The position numbers and the translations under genes were made by a program. From Mobula hypostoma (lineage: Eukaryota): DNA of 64,000 nt. This document shows positions 25,326 to 40,070 of this stretch, piece after piece; position 1 is the first letter of the stretch; each line of letters opens with the position of its first letter. Below the pieces are notes generated by a model, which was not told where the DNA came from, made no database searches, and was given only the letters and a program-made list of their open reading frames with translations. The stretch is taken from the NCBI RefSeq assembly GCF_963921235.1, contig NC_086103.1:9114001-9178000 (forward strand). Direction: 5' to 3'.

Positions 25326-26858
25326 CAATGCCTTGAAAAAGTATTCAGGCTCCACAACTATTTTCACAATTTGCTGTCCAATTTTCTAAATTTAAAATAC
25401 CTTGTTGCGATTTTTAGCTCATCCAAAAACGATCATTATGCATCATGTTAAATCAAAAGCAAAATTCCAAACCATGTCAACAATTTACTAACAATTAAAA
25501 CCAAAACATTTGAGGCTGATGAAAATATCAACCGCTTTGTAATTACTAAGTTAATTTTCCTCAGGTGCAATCCTGTATATTATCTTAACCACTCACCCAA
25601 TTTGCAGATGTAGAAAATTGGAGGAAATACCCCCTCTCTGTAAAAGGTATGACAGATTTTCAGTAGACCAAACCAAAACTGAAGACAAAAGAGCATTCGA
25701 GCCAGTCAGTGAAATGATAATAGGGAAGCACAAATATGGGAAAGAACATGACCATCTCATAGGCTCTGAACATACCTTGGAGCTCAATGAGGTTCATCGT
25801 GGAAAAAGTGGGAAAAATTATGAAACCTCAGCCAAACTGCCTAGGTCAGGTCCATCTCCAAACTTAGTTGTTGGAGAAGAATGGCACTTGTAAGAGAGGC
25901 CACAGTAACGCTGATTGAGTGATCTGCAGAAATCAGTGGATGCAAATGGAGATGAAGGTCATAGTTCCACAATCTCTATAACCTTGCATAAAAGAGGGTA
26001 TTTATGGAAGTGGCAAGGAAGACTCTTTGGCTAAAAAATGCGTATCCTTGCTCGTAAAGACTTTGAAAAATACTTAGCATATACTGGAGAGATGTGGAAG
26101 AAGGTCCTGCGGTCGGATGAGAATAAAGTGGAAATATTTGGCCTCGTCAATACGTGTGGCGTAAATCTAATATTGTGAATTATCCAGGTAGCATTATCCA
26201 TACTGTAAAGTATGGTCGAGAAAGCATCATGTTATGGAAATGTTCTTCAGCAGCTGGGATTAGAAATCTGGTCAGGATTCATGGGAAAATGAATGCTGCT
26301 AAATACAGAGGTATCCTGGATAAAAATCTACCAGCCTCTGACAGAAAACTTTAACTAGTGGGGGGAAGTTAGTCTTTCAGTAGGATAACGACCCAAAGGA
26401 CACAAGTATATCAACCATGGAGTGGCTGCAAATGAAGGAAATTGGTGTCTTTGAACGGCCCAGTCAGCGACCTGACCTTAAACCGATCGGACACCTTTGG
26501 CAAGACCTCAAGATTACTGTCCTTCGCCACTATCCAACTCACCTGTCACAGCTTGAGCAATTTGCAAAATCTCACCCCATCACGTTGTGCAAAGCTGAAG
26601 GAGACATATCCAAGAAGAGTATTGACGGTAATAGCTGCGAGTGGTGGTTTAATTATGCGCTGAGCAAAGAGAGATGAATACTATTGAACTGCTGACATTT
26701 GATTTTGAATTGTTATTTTTTCGTGCTTTGCAATTTTCCCTGTTTTGGGGCTCTACTGGGATAAAAGAGCGTACAATTCAAAAATAAAAATTCTCAGTTA
26801 AATTGATAAAAAGTTTGTGAACAAAGGGCTGAGGTTGAATACTCTTCAAGGCATTCTG
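25326..26858 (+). mobile_element. Near full-length decayed Tc1-like transposon
   Basis: TIRs CAATGCCTTGAAAAAGTATTCA and TGAATACTCTTCAAGGCATTCTG; transposase remnants KVLRSDE, HTVKYG..SIMLW, DNDPK, PSQRPDLKPIGHLW. Confidence 0.85.
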
Positions 26859-27879
26859 TCGCCATTTTTTTACTGTTAGCAGATAGAAATCTTGGAATTT
26901 TTTACGCATAAAAATTCTGTAAGAACGCAGGCCTGAATGGTTCACGAGGCTGTTTGTAATCTCTTTCAAGCACAACGAGCAATGCACAACACTCTGACTA
27001 TGGCACCCATAATCAAAATACAAAGATACTTTTTACATTGATGGTTAAATCCCAAAATTATCAACAGAATGGCACTGATTTCCAAACACTGGATGAAAAC
27101 TCAAGCATTTCGAAATGCAATGATCTAAAACTGAAGTAATTTACTTATAATTATGCGTTGGGTTGCGGTATCCGACTCCGTTACATTATTAGAAAGAAAG
27201 TGAATTATGTTGACGGCAGCGGCTCTGCATGTACCTTTAAAAACATGCGCAGAACTTTCGAATGAACGTATAACAGTTAAGAGTACAGACCACATTAACT
27301 TTATTCAAGACTACTTCAGGTCTTTTAGTTTTGACAATCCAATAGGTCCTATAGGACATCTCAAGAGCACTTTTCCAACAAGAGCTAACTCCTGTATTTT
27401 TAATGTGATTCAGTAAACATCGTAGTCAATTTGTGTGCCAACGATTCCCCAAACATCATTGTGATACTGGTCAAATTATCTGCTCCTTTGGTTGAATTTA
27501 TAATTACTGCTAATTATATTCACCATGGATGTTACCTTTCGTTTTTCTCCAATCAGCGCAACCGCCCATCTCAGAGATGAAATGATGCACCACCATCTTC
27601 TCCATAAGTCGGCATCTATCCATCTGCCCATCTATCTGTCGCTTCTTTTTAGATACAGTTACAGGTTTATAACGCGTTCCAGACAAATGTAAGTAGCAAA
27701 AATATACATTAACGTGTCACTAGAAGACTGGACGTGTTTACATCAGACCATCAGTCTGTATATCTATGCACCTATCTCATCTGTCTTTTATATCTAACCA
27801 TGTATCTGTATTTATATAAGTACCTATCTATGTCTACCTCTGTCTTTCTACTATTATCTATCTTTAACTGTCCATCCAG

Positions 27880-28372
27880 AGTAGCACACACAAAATGCTG
27901 GAGGAATTCAGTATATCAGGTAGCGTCTTTGGAAATGAATGAACAGTCGCTGTTTCGGGCCACGACCCTTCCTCAGGATTGGAAATGAAGGGGAAGAAGC
28001 CAGAATAAAAATGTGGAGGAGGAGAAGGATGACTAGCCAGAAGATGATGTGTGAAGCCAGTTGTGTGGGAAAGGTAAAGGGCTGGAGAAGAAGACATCTG
28101 ACAGGAGAGGAGAGTGGACTATGGAGGAAGGAAAGAAGGGGAGGTGGTGAGCAGGTGAGGTGAAGAGGTAAGAGGTCAGAGTGGGGAATTGAATAGGTAA
28201 GGGTGGAGGAAAAACATACCGGAAGGAGAAATCGATGTTCCTGCCGTCAGGTCGGAGGTTACCTAGAAGGAATATGATGCTGCGCCCCCACAGTGAGTGT
28301 GGCCTCATCGTCATCTTTCCCTTAATCATTTTCATAGATACTGCCTGTCCGCTATGCTCTACCAGCATTATA
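27880..28372 (-). mobile_element. Decayed Penelope-like 3' fragment with a short inverted pseudo-LTR piece
   Basis: FLLGNLRPDGRNIDFS remnant; degenerate hammerhead at 27944-27980; 28325-28370 is the reverse complement of ~27890-27940. Confidence 0.65.
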
Positions 28373-28799
28373 GCTCTGTCAGCTGTCCATAGACTCATTA
28401 ACATACATTTTTGATGCCTAGAATGCGTGCTAAACCCGTAAACGTATCTAAAAGCAAGACCATGACATCTTGGGAAACTCGTCATGAAAAACATCATGTG
28501 TGGAGCTAGGACCAGTGCTATATATCATGGCTCAATTTCCATTGGTCTGCAGTGCAAACTGGCAAAAACAATCATGTTAGTTAGTGCACTGAGCATAGGT
28601 TTTTTGGCTGGTGACATGAGAGCAAAAACATCTCTGTTGTAGGACAAAGTATTTGCTGTGTTGGTCACATAATTGCTTTTACTGCCGCCTAAGGGACGTA
28701 TGGATGTGTGGAAATAAACGCTGAGGGATAAGGAATATAGAGGAGATTAAAAATAACGTTATCACAGTAAAGTACAGATTAAGCCAGCTGTTGGAAATC

Positions 28800-31081
28800 T
28801 AAAAGGTTCTGAACTTAAAGAGGGGTAACTTTGAAGGTAAGAGACGTGAATTAGCTAAGATAGACTGGCAAATGACACTTAAAGGATTGACGGTGGATAT
28901 GCAATGGCAAGCATTTAAGGATTGCATGGATGAACTACAACAATTGTTCATCCCAGTTTGGCAAAAGAATAAATCAAGGAAGGTAGTGCACCCGTGGCTG
29001 ACAAGAGAAATTAGGGATAGTATCAATTCCAAAGAAGTAGCATACAAATTAGCCAGAGAAAGTGGCTCACCTGAGGACTGGGAGAAATTCAGAGTTCAGC
29101 AGAGGAGGACAAAGGGCTTAATTAGGAAGGGGAAAAAGATTATGAGAGAAAACTGGCAGGGAACATAAAAACGGACTGTAAAAGCTTTTATAGATATGTA
29201 AAAAGGAAAAGACTGGTAAAGACAAATGTAGGTCCCCTGCAGACAGAAACAGGTGAATTGATTATGGGGAGCAAGGACATGGCAGACCAATTAAATAATT
29301 ACTTTGGTTCTGTCTTCACTAAGGAGGACATAAATAATCTTCCAGAAATAGTAAGGGATAGAGGGTCCAGTGAGATGGAGGAACTCAGCGAAATACATGT
29401 TAGTAGGGAAGTGGTGTTACGTAAATTGAAGGGATTAAAGGCAGATAAATCCCCAGGGCCAGATGGTCTGCATCCTAGAGTGCTTAAGGAAGTAGCCCAA
29501 GAAATAGTGGATGCATTAGTGATAATTTTTCAAAACTCGTTAGATTCTGGACTAGTTCCTGAGGATTGGAGGGTGGCTAATGTAACCCCACTTTTTAAAA
29601 AAGGAGGGAGAGAGAAACCGGGGAATTATAGACCGGTTAGCCTAACGTCGGTGGTGGGGAAACTGCTGGAGTCAGTTATCAATGATGTGATAACAGCACA
29701 TTTGGAAAGCGGTGAAATGATCGGACAAAGTCAGCATGGATTTATGAAAGGAAAATCATGTCTTACGAATTTCATAGAATTTTTTGAGGATGTAACTAGT
29801 AGAGTGGATAGGGGAGAACCAGTGGATGTGGTATATTTGGATTTTCAAAAGGTTTTTGACAAGGTCCCACACAGGAGATTAGTGTGCAAACTTAAAGCAC
29901 ACGGTATTGGGGGTAAGAAACATAGAAACATAGAAACATAGAAAATAGGTGCAGGAGTAGGCCATTCGGTGTGGGTGGAGAATTGGTTAGCAGACAGGAA
30001 GCAAAGAGTGGGAATAAATGGGACCTTTTCAGAATGGCAGGCGGTGACTAGTGGGGTACGGCAAGGCTCAGTGCTGGGACCCCAGTTGTTTACAATATAT
30101 ATTAATGACTTGGATGAGGGAATTAAATGCAGCATCTCCAAGTTTGCGGATGACACGAAGCTGGGTGGCAGTGTTAGCAGTGAGGAAGATGCTAAGAGGA
30201 TGCAGGGTGACTTGGATAGGTTGGGTGAGTGGGCAAATTCATGGCAGATGCAATTTAATGTGGATAAATGTGAAGTTATCCACTTTGGTGGCAAAAATAG
30301 GAAAACAGATTATTATCTGAATGGTGGCCGATTAGGAAAAGGGGAGGTGCAACGAGACCTGGGTGTCATTATACACCAGTCATTGAAAGTGGGCATGCAG
30401 GTACAGCAGGCGGTGAAAAAGGCGAATAGTATGCTGGCATTTATAGCGAGAGGATTCGAGTACAGGAGCAGGGAGGTACTACTGCAGTTGTACAAGGCCT
30501 TGGTGAGACCACACCTGGAGTATTGTGTGCAGTTTTGGTCCCCTAATCTGAGGAAAGACATCTTTGCCATAGAGGGAGTACAAAGAAGGTTCACCAGATT
30601 GATTCCTGGGATGGCAGGACTTTCATATGAAGAAAGACTGGATGAACTGGGCTTGTACTCGTTGGAATTTAGAAGATTGAGGGGGGATCTGATTGAAACG
30701 TATAATATCCTAAAGGGATTGGACAGGCTGGATGCAGGAAGATTGTTCCCGATGTTGGGGAAGTCCAGAACGAGGGTTCACAGTTTGAGGATAGAGGGGA
30801 AGCCTTTTAGGACCGAGATTAGGAAAAACTTCTTCACACAGAGAGTGGTGAATCTGTGGAATTCTCTGCCACAGGAAACTGTTGAGGCCAGTTCATTGGC
30901 TATATTTAAGAGGGAGTTAGATATGGCCCTTGTGGCTACGGGGGTCAGGGGGTATGGAGGGAAGGCTGGGGCGGGGTTCTGAGTTGGATGATCAGCCATG
31001 ATCATAATAAATGGCGGTGCAGGCTCGAAGGGCCGAATGGCCTACTCCTGCACCTATTTTCTATGTTTCTATGTTTCTATG
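28800..31081 (+). mobile_element. CR1 LINE, ~2.3-kb 5'-truncated copy with a largely intact RT
   Basis: ORFs 29258-29941 (KSPGPDGLHP, PGNYRPVSLTS, YLDFQKVFDKVPH) and 29969-30982 (QGSVLGP, FADDTKL); stem-loop and (CTATGTTT)n tail. Confidence 0.95.
29916..29969 (-). mobile_element. ~54-bp CR1 3' tail inserted antisense into CR1 ORF2
   Basis: (AGAAACAT)3-AGAAAATAGGTGCAGGAGTAGGCCATTCGG is the reverse complement of the tail at ~31032-31080. Confidence 0.85.
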
Positions 31082-31757
31082 TAAAACAAAAGTGTCTGGT
31101 GGAAGTGCTCAGTTAACCATCCTACATTAGGTAGGTTTGCAAGAAATTGTTGAGCTACATACCGAATTCAAAGATTAGAATATGCCTGGATGGAAGATTA
31201 GATGGTATTCTTCGACAATACGCAAAACTTCGTTCAGAGCTCAGTGTAGTGGAATGCAGAATAAAAGTGAAGAACGCCTGTAAGCTCGTGACACTGGAAA
31301 GGACTTAAGTGAAGAACTGTGCACTCATTCTACGTTAATATACCCCATGGTAGAGGAGACCAAAAAATGAGCTCAGAGCACAATGTATCAGATTGGAAGA
31401 ATTATAAAGAAATTGTACACTCAACTGGAAAAACTGTTCCAGGCTTAAATACTAGTATGTTACCAACTGATTTGGAGGAAAGAATGTTAGGAAGAAGAAT
31501 TACACAAACTTCTAAAAACCAGGTCTTCTAGAAAATAATTTAAAGTTATTTGGGAATATATCGGAATTATATATAATAATCATCATTGAAAACATCACAC
31601 TAGACAGAAAAGTAATCTAGAAAGATTTATCAAAGAGTATTTCCCGTTAAGCTACATCGTTCATACTATTTATCTTAATAAACTGGTACCCATCTAAACT
31701 GCTTGTAATTTCAAGCCAAACCTATCAGGTTTTTCAGTCTGGTTCAAATTGCCTCAC

Positions 31758-34217
31758 CTCAGGAATGCTGTTTTTTTCAGAATCCTCCATTGCAATATTT
31801 CCTTTACTGACAGATTCGTTCAGAACAAAGTTCTGGTCTGCACATGACCTGTTCCTGCTGGAGAGTGTGAAATCCCTTTTGGTAGACTGCAATGTCGAAC
31901 ATGACTCGTAACGGAATCTTTGGGAGAGAGGATCGCCCCCAAACACTTCAACATAGTTTGGTGGTATCTGAATGCTTCTACTGGCCTTTTGAATTCCATT
32001 GAAACTATTTCTTGTTTCGAAGCAACAAAAGGAGCTCAGGTAGTGATGCTGGCAGACCGCACCTTTCCTGTTTTTGTGAACTTTAATGGCGAGGATGATT
32101 AACATTATAAGGAAAATGCTAGATATTATTCCCAAGGCTATAACCAAGGAAAAGCTCAGTTCAGGAGGGACTCTGGGATCCACCGAAGAACTGCTGACCC
32201 TAGAGAACGTTTCAGTATCAGTCCCAACCACAGATAATACAATCGTCACAGTGGCAGAAAGTGGTGGTATTCCATTGTCTTTTACCACAACCACTAGTCT
32301 TTGATTAGGGGCATCCCTGTTCACAATTGGACGGATAGTCCAAATTTCGCCAGTCTCTGCCGAAATGGTAAAAAGATTATGATGTGTGGCTTGAAAAATC
32401 TCATAAGAGAGTCGAGCATTCTGACCCGAGTCTGCATCGGTGGCTGATACCTTGACAACCAAGGACCCCGGTTCACTGAACCTGGATATTGTTTCTATTG
32501 CTGACGACCCGTATTCGGGTAAAGGATGCACAATCACTGGCGCATTATCATTCTGATCCAGGATAACAACGTTCACTGACGCATTGGTCGTGTGAGGTGG
32601 CGTACCAGAATCCCGCACTTGAACTTGAATCTGGAAGTTTTTCAATTGTTCATAGTCAAAAGATCTCTGAGCATAGATAACACCACTTTCTGAATTAATT
32701 GAGACATAGGAGGTTGTTGAGAAATTGTGAACTTGAGAGTCCAAGATAGAAAAGTTCAGTCGGGCGTTCTCTCCAGCGTCTGTATCGAAGGCCGTCAGTG
32801 AAAATATAGAGGACCCGATAACGTTGTTTTCCATAACATTTGCTGTGAATACTGGGCGAGAAAACCTTGGTGCGTTATCATTTACGTCTGAAACCTTTAC
32901 TCCGATGGTTTTCTTGGAAATGAGGGGAAGGTCCCCCGCATCCGTGCATGTAATAGTAATATCATACCTGGGATTGCTTTCGCGGTCGAGCGGGTGCTGT
33001 ACAAGGATTCTGTAGTAGTTCTTTAAAGATGAGTCCAGCTTAAAGGGTAGTCGATTTGAAATTTGACAACGCACCTGACCATTTTTTCCAGAGTCTCTGT
33101 CCTCTGCAGTAAACAGAGCCACTACACTGCCAAGCGGAGCATCTTCCGAAACAGTCGCAGAGGAAGACCGCAATATCACCTGCGGTGCGTTATCATTCAC
33201 ATCAATCACTTCAACAAATACATCACAGTACTCGGGAACAGCGTTAGAACCCTTATCTGTCGCTTGTATTTTTATCTCAAAAACGTTGCTTTCTTCGTAG
33301 TTCAGGTTCCCCTTCAGCCTGATTTCACCAGTTTTGGAATTCAGATCAAAAAGTTTACGAGCAGTCGAAGAGATATGGCTACGAAAAGAATACACTATCT
33401 CTCCATTGAGGCCATCGTCTAAATCAGTTGCGTTCAATGTAATAATCAGGGTCCCTTTTGGTGCAGATTCCAATAATCTGACTCTGTAAACCGACTGGGA
33501 GAAAACAGGCGCGTTGTCATTAACATCCTTCACTGTTACTATAATTTGCACTGTGCCCGATCTCGGAGGCAATCCGCCGTCTTCTGCCGTTAACGTTATA
33601 CTATGCGTTGCCAGTGTTTCTCTGTCCAAAGGTTTCTGTAACAACAATACTGGCCACTTGCTCTTTCCACGTCGTGTTTGTACGTCCAGACTAAAATAGT
33701 CATTTGATTGTAAACGGTAGGTTTGTAAGGAGTTTGTCCCAATGTCCGGATCGTGTGCTGGTTCAAGAGGAAAGCGCATTCCGGGTCCTGCAAGCTCTAT
33801 AATTTCAAGATGAAGCTGGCTTTTCGGGAAACTGGGGGCATTATCATTTTCATCGAGAACCTCCACTTCCACCTCGTAGAGGCTCAGGGGATTTTCAAGC
33901 TCAATTTCCAACGATAAGCGGCAATCGAGATTCGACCCACAAAGCAGTTCCCTGTCGATAATTTCTTTCACAAATAAAGTTCCATTCCGTACATTTACGT
34001 CGAAATACTGCTTCCGTGGACTGGGCGCTATCCGCAATCTGCGAGACCACAGCTGCTTCACATCTAAACCTAAATCGGCTGCGATTTTCCCAACAAAGGC
34101 TCCCGGTTGGAGTTCTTCAGGAACAGAATAACGAATTTGACCGGACACAATATTCGACAGCCAGAACACGCAGAGCAGCAATTGGCATTTTAGCAACAAA
34201 TATACTTTGTATCTCAT
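31758..34217 (-). CDS. Clustered protocadherin variable exon V4 (subfamily B), 820 codons to the donor
   Basis: ORF 31734-34217; six cadherin repeats, TM, VCD; phase-0 donor GAG|GTGAGG with GT at 31757-31756. Confidence 0.96.
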
Positions 34218-34399
34218 TTCCAGTAGAAGTCATTCCAATGGTTTTAAGCCCAGACAGTATTCTATTGTCCTTTTAGCAGTGATTCAATGATAAATAGGAC
34301 AAACGGCACAAGGCATATTTGTACCTCTTGCCAATCGCCCGAATTATTTCAATCAAATACTCACATTTCCTTACAGATGCGAAATGATTCGTGCAACAA

Positions 34400-34625
34400 T
34401 CCCACCGAGCTGCAGGCTACCCAGTTTTCATTGTGTCTGATCTAACGTGATGGTTGCCGTGCCGTAAAGAGGGCTGTCCGGATCACTAAACACATCTCAG
34501 CTCCCAATTGGTGTAGAAGTGTATTGATATTCCACCAATCAGGATTTATGACGTTTCTTAAAGCTAGCAGGGCTTAAAGTGGCCGAGAACGTGCGATTTG
34601 TTGTTGCACAATTAAAATTATTTTC
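34400..34625 (-). promoter_or_regulatory. Conserved promoter of V4
   Basis: GGGCTGTCCGGATCAC; ATTGG 34507-34511; CCAAT 34535-34539; TTTCTTAAAGC; GCACAATT. Confidence 0.8.
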
Positions 34626-34761
34626 ATCCTGTGGATATATATGTCTTGTTCCGTTTACTCTTCGGCCCATCCGAGTTGTCAGAATCCATGTTTGGAGTAA
34701 TGTATCAAAGAAGAAGTGTGAAGAAGCTGTGTTTCGTACACGCAACCCTGGAAAAAGCCCT

Positions 34762-35922
34762 GGTTACATGCAAGCAACACTGTAAAAGTATCAGCAGCAA
34801 TAGAACACACCTGGAGTCTGTTTTTGATGTTAAAATCCACTATCTTTATTAGTAACTACTAAATATAGTAACTTAATCAGATGATCAAAAGTTAGCACTG
34901 TTATGCATTTATAGGTATATAGATAAAGTTACAAACTTATTGAAGATCAGGTGGCAAGAGTTAAAGTCTTACGATGGTATGTACGAAAGTTCAGTTTAAT
35001 CCTCAGGTTAATTAATGCAAGATATTTTCAATCCAAAGACGAATGTTGTGAGAAGGCAATTACGTCGATATTCCGCAGTTTCCACGACAGCAATACAAAA
35101 TAACAATAGCAGTAGGGTTCATCTCCGAAGTTGTTCCACTCCACACACTAAGTATCACCAACAGTAGCTTATCACAAAGGGGACCATCTTCAAGGTAACC
35201 ACCACTCAGGTAAGGGTAGACACACAGGTAGATTCCACGCGGTGACAGAATGCGATAGCCACTTATCCAGTTCCACGACATACGAAATAACTCCTACAGT
35301 GATTTCCCACAGGAGGCCTTTGTTCAGTGAAATACCACACCCAGACAAAGACGTGATACAGACGTGGTATTCACAAAGGCCTCCACTCACCAGAGAACCC
35401 ACTCCTGTGGATTAACTACGTGACAATCACATTTTCGTATTTGAATGGAATCAAACTCGCCCTTATGGGCTACTTGGAGAGAGTCCAAACAGTGACCTCT
35501 TTGTCGCTAGGTTTCTTCTGTTTCAAACCGACCTCTCCCCTCGTCTCTACAAACTTCTAATAGTTGCAGCACTTGTGAGAGTCAATTATCAATAGTCTGG
35601 ATCGATCTTAACTCACCCCTTCTGGTCTACTGAAAGTATAAACCAGCGACCCAACCTACTGGTGTCTTTCATTGATCGAAACCATCTCGACTCTGACATG
35701 TGTGTGTCTGTAAGAGGATCATCTGAGCTTGCTTATTCAAAACAAGCTGCATGAAACCATAAACATTCATTGTCCATCAAACATCTCCACCTCTGTCACC
35801 ATAGTAACCAAGCAATTTTGTAGTCATTAGAAATCCAACAGTGTCGAAAAGTCAGTCTATATTCTCTCAGCGTTTTAAACTGACAATCCACAGAAAAAAA
35901 TGAACCCTGGGGGTACATAGCA
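34762..35922. mobile_element. Probable solo-LTR-like insertion upstream of V4
   Basis: ~1.15 kb missing from the paralogous region upstream of V5 (homology resumes at ~35925 vs ~45910); ends in GGGGTACATAGCA; no coding evidence and the left boundary is uncertain. Confidence 0.35.
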
Positions 35923-37264
35923 GCTGTTAGTGAGAGGGAGAATTTATATAAGCAACATTATTGGGCTGAAGGATCCCATTTTACTTCTGATAAATGCACG
36001 GTTTTCTTTCCTGAATATCCACCCATCTCTGGCTCTTGGTTATGTCGCTAGATATGCAAAGCTCTCTCTGTGCCCTCAAGAAGGGATCATCGCCTGACCG
36101 TACTGAGTTGTTATAGTTTTCAAACATATAGTTATCTGGAGAATTTACCGAAATGAACAGACCCTAATGTGGAAGTATGAAGTGCTGGAGATCTGAAAGA
36201 AAGAAAATGCTAGAACAAGTGACTAGATTCAGGACCTTCGGCGGGATGAGAAATGTTCCACTTAAAAAAAACGTGTTGAGAACATAATTAATTGAATGCA
36301 TAGCATTAATTCGTAGAATATCATTATTATTGTCTTTCATGGCTTGAAAACAGGTACCCCCTTAACAGCATTTACAGTTTTTTATCAACTATAGTTTCAC
36401 TGTGACCAGGTTATTTCTGTTTATTGTGCGTTGTAAACTGCAGTCAGCTGTTCACGTCAAATGGTATTTACCTATTTAGAAAACAACAAATGTAATATCT
36501 ATCAGTGATTTTATTAGGTGACATCATTCCAATGGCTGAGTCCTATTGTTTATGTAAATTTACAGACATCATGAATTCCTTTTTGTCACTGGCCAAGATT
36601 TATTTATGGTTTAATTTTGCAGACAATTTATCTGGTAAAGCGAGTGCAACCCAAAGGCTGCAGATTTGAAGCACAGAGCGCCAGAACTAATAAATAAATT
36701 TCGGTGGTTATCATCATGCAGAGAATGGAGAAGGAAGTTTGGGTATCCTTATTTTAATTTCAGCCTCCAGTGAATTCCAACAGTCTATTTTGAAATTCAA
36801 ATAGAGGTGAATATAAAACTTAAATTTGCGAAAAGTGAAGTAAATCGACCGAAACTTGCTGTTCCAGGGTTGCTACTAGAAATTGGCATTCATTTTGTAT
36901 TCTTGTTAGCTGACTTTAAAAATTGGAAACCGTTATTTCTAAAATATATACTATAGATATTATATGGATGTGGGAAAGATGGTGCCGGCGTGATTCAGCG
37001 ATTTTCTGGGAGACTGGAGTCCCGGACGTATAACCGACACTGCCATTGCTGGAGCGGACTCGGGGCCGGATCGAAGAGGCAAGGCCCGAGTCTGTGCCCG
37101 AGAGGAAGGAACGAGCCGACGCTTGGCCGATTTAATCGCCAGTCCAGATTGAAAGTCGGGGTGTCGCTTCGGGGGCGGGGGACGGCTAGTGTTAAGCGTA
37201 AAATGACGCTTTTCCATTAACGAAGTGAACTTTAAGAAAGGGGAATTTCGCAAACATCTTCAAT

Positions 37265-37744
37265 CAAAAACATTGCTGCACGTCTCAAGATTGCAAAGGA
37301 CCAACTTGATGTTCTTCAATGGCTGAGCCAAAGACCGGACCTTCATCCTGTAGAAAAGCAAGCAGTTCATACAAAGAAGCCCACAATCATCGCAGAGTTG
37401 CAGCAGTTTTGTAAGGGGGAATGGCCTAAGATTCCTCAAAGACGATATGAAGGACTTATCAGCAGTTACCAGAAATGTTTGGTTGAAGTTATTGCTGCAC
37501 AAGGGAGTCAGGCCAGTTACTGAATGCAAAAGTTCACATACTTTTTCCAACAAATGCACGTAATATTTGAGCATTTTTCTCAATAAATAAATGAACAAGC
37601 GTAATATGTTTTGTGTTATTTATTTAATTAGATTCTGTTTATCTAGTTTTAGGACTTACGTCAGGATCTGATCACATTTTAGGTCATATTTTTGCAGAAA
37701 TAGAGAATATTTTACAAGGTTCACAGAATTTCTAGCACTACTGT
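37265..37744 (+). mobile_element. Tc1-like transposon, right end
   Basis: WLSQRPDLHPVE remnant; right TIR-like GGTTCACAGAATTTCTAGCACTACTG followed by TA. Confidence 0.7.
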
Positions 37745-38949
37745 ATGTAACCTGAAAATAAATTTTACTTCCAAATGTCACCACATTGACCATTATTATT
37801 CAAAGAGCTCACACACTCATAAGGCACTGAATCAGAGCGTGTCGCCCATCGTGTCCATATCCAGCATAAATTATGAATCTACATTAATTTAATTTACAAA
37901 GACTTCAGTGGGTGGCAATTCAACTGCTCATATAAATACTTTTTAAGGATGTCATATACCCATTCCCACCACGTGCTTAGGCAATGCATTCCAAATTCCC
38001 AGCACCCTCTGAGTGAAAAAAAATCTTCCTCAAGTTCCCTCTAAACACCTTTGATGTTTCCATGAACCTATAGATCTGACAGTTCTGATATGGGGAAAAT
38101 TTTGTTGCTATCTATCTAGTTCACCCTCTCCTTAATAACGTATAACTCAATCAAGCCAACTCAATCTCCTCAATTCTACGGACAATACGACCAGACTCTC
38201 CAGTTTTAAGTTACTACTGAAACTCTCTGCACCTGATAACATCGTGCTGAAATTACCCTGCACCTCTCCATTGCAGTCACGGTCCTCTTATTGTGCGGTC
38301 AATAGAAATGATGCAGTAATCCAGTACTGTAAGAAGTGGTACGATAACCTTCATGTTCTTATATGATATGCCCTGGCAAGGGGAGTCAATAATCCCACAT
38401 GCATTTTTTCGCCATTTATCCACTCATGCTGACAACTTGAATAATACTTCGACTTGTTTGCCAAAGTTCCTGTCTTTCACAATATTTCTGATTGCCTCAT
38501 ACAGTCCATAGCCTTGCACTTATCTGCAGTAAAAGCTATATGCCGTTGTTCTGCTTAATTAATGCTTTCACAAGAATAATTAAAAGTATAAGTCTTATTC
38601 GGTAAAATATCATAAGACTGATCAGTTGCCAATGACACTACAGTAACTGGATTGCATTATATTATAGTTGTCTTTATGGGCATGTTTACTGCAACATGCA
38701 CCAGGGCAATGATCTCCGATCTACTTGTTGGAACTCATTTCCAAACACTGGGTGAAAAGAGTGAAAGTTAATTAAGCTGAAGACAAGTGTTTTGTATATA
38801 AACATTTAACACCATGCGCAGAATATCTCGCATGAGCGTATAATTGCCGAGTCCACTGCATCTTGCGTGTCGGCGATACTATAGGTATAATAGGACATTC
38901 TAGTCATCATGCAATCTGATTTTCTTTGAAATAAAAGTACTGTATAATA

Positions 38950-40070
38950 GAACATTAGAACAAAGTTTTTGACAAGAACAGGTCCTTCCGTCCAACAAGG
39001 TTTATCAAGTTCCCATTCACATATTGTGTTGAAAGAACTGTCCAGTTTAGATTTGAAACTCTCTGAGGTACTACTCTAAATTACACAACTAGATAGTTTG
39101 TTCCAGGTGTCCACAAGTCGCTGTGATGCTTCCTGATATATGTCTGAAATCCCTCCTTAACCAGTCTGCCTCTACCTAGGGCCCCGTGTCCGTGATGATG
39201 GGCGAATTTTGGAGTAGCAGCTGGCATCCACTTCTCACCCTTAAGGATTTTTAACACTTCTATCATGACTCCTCTTATTCCACGTCTACCTCAACTGAAA
39301 AAATTTAATTCTTTCAATCTTTCTTCATAGCTCCTTCCCTGCAGACCTGGAATGCGTCTAGACGCCATTCACCGGACTCTCTTCAGTGTCTTCACATCCC
39401 TCTCAGAATATGAAGACCAAAATTGTACACAGTATTCAGGCGTGGAAATGAATAAACTAGCGCATTATACAGCTTGAGGAGAACTTCTCGAGTTGAACTC
39501 GATTCAGCGCTTTATATAGGCCAGGATTCTATTAGCCTTCTTAATCGCCTCCGTGCATTGTCCAGGTCTTGATACTGATGAGTCTACCTGGACGCCAAAA
39601 TCCTTCTCATTCAGTGCACTTTCTAACCCAAGACACCCCCCCCCCATTGTATAGTTATACATAATCTTTCTACTTCCTATATGTAATACTTTAAAGTTAC
39701 CTACATTAAAAATTGTCTGCCTTCATTTGGATTTTGTTCAGATCTAACTGTATTGATTCTGCTGCCTGCATGTTATCAGCCCGTCTCCCTAGTTTTCTGT
39801 CAGCGGTAAACTTTACTAGTTTATTTCCCATGTGTTATTCAAATCATTAATATAAAATAAAAACAGCAGCATTACCAAAACCCATTACCGTGGAACCCAC
39901 TTTTAACATCTTCTAGGTGTGAAACGATCCTCTCTCCATAACTCGTTGTTTTCTGCTTTTCAGTCAATTCTGCACCCATCCGCACACCTTACACTGAGTT
40001 CCTACCTCCTGTAATTTGATTATTAACCATTCGTGCAGTACCTTGTCAAAGGCCTTCTGAAAGTTTGATT
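38950..40070 (-). mobile_element. Decayed CR1 LINE
   Basis: Minus-strand FQKAFDKV (~40040-40063) and MIEVLKILKG remnants; tail-like TAGAACATTAGAACA at the left end. Confidence 0.7.

Noticed and set aside
29258-30982. CR1 as an active autonomous element
   Set aside because: 5'-truncated with no endonuclease domain, frameshifted, and interrupted by the antisense tail insert
34469-34490. GGGCTGTCCGG in the V4/V5 promoters as a REST/NRSF RE1 site
   Set aside because: Only the GGACAGC half matches; the TCAGCACC half is absent and the other five paralogs lack the core
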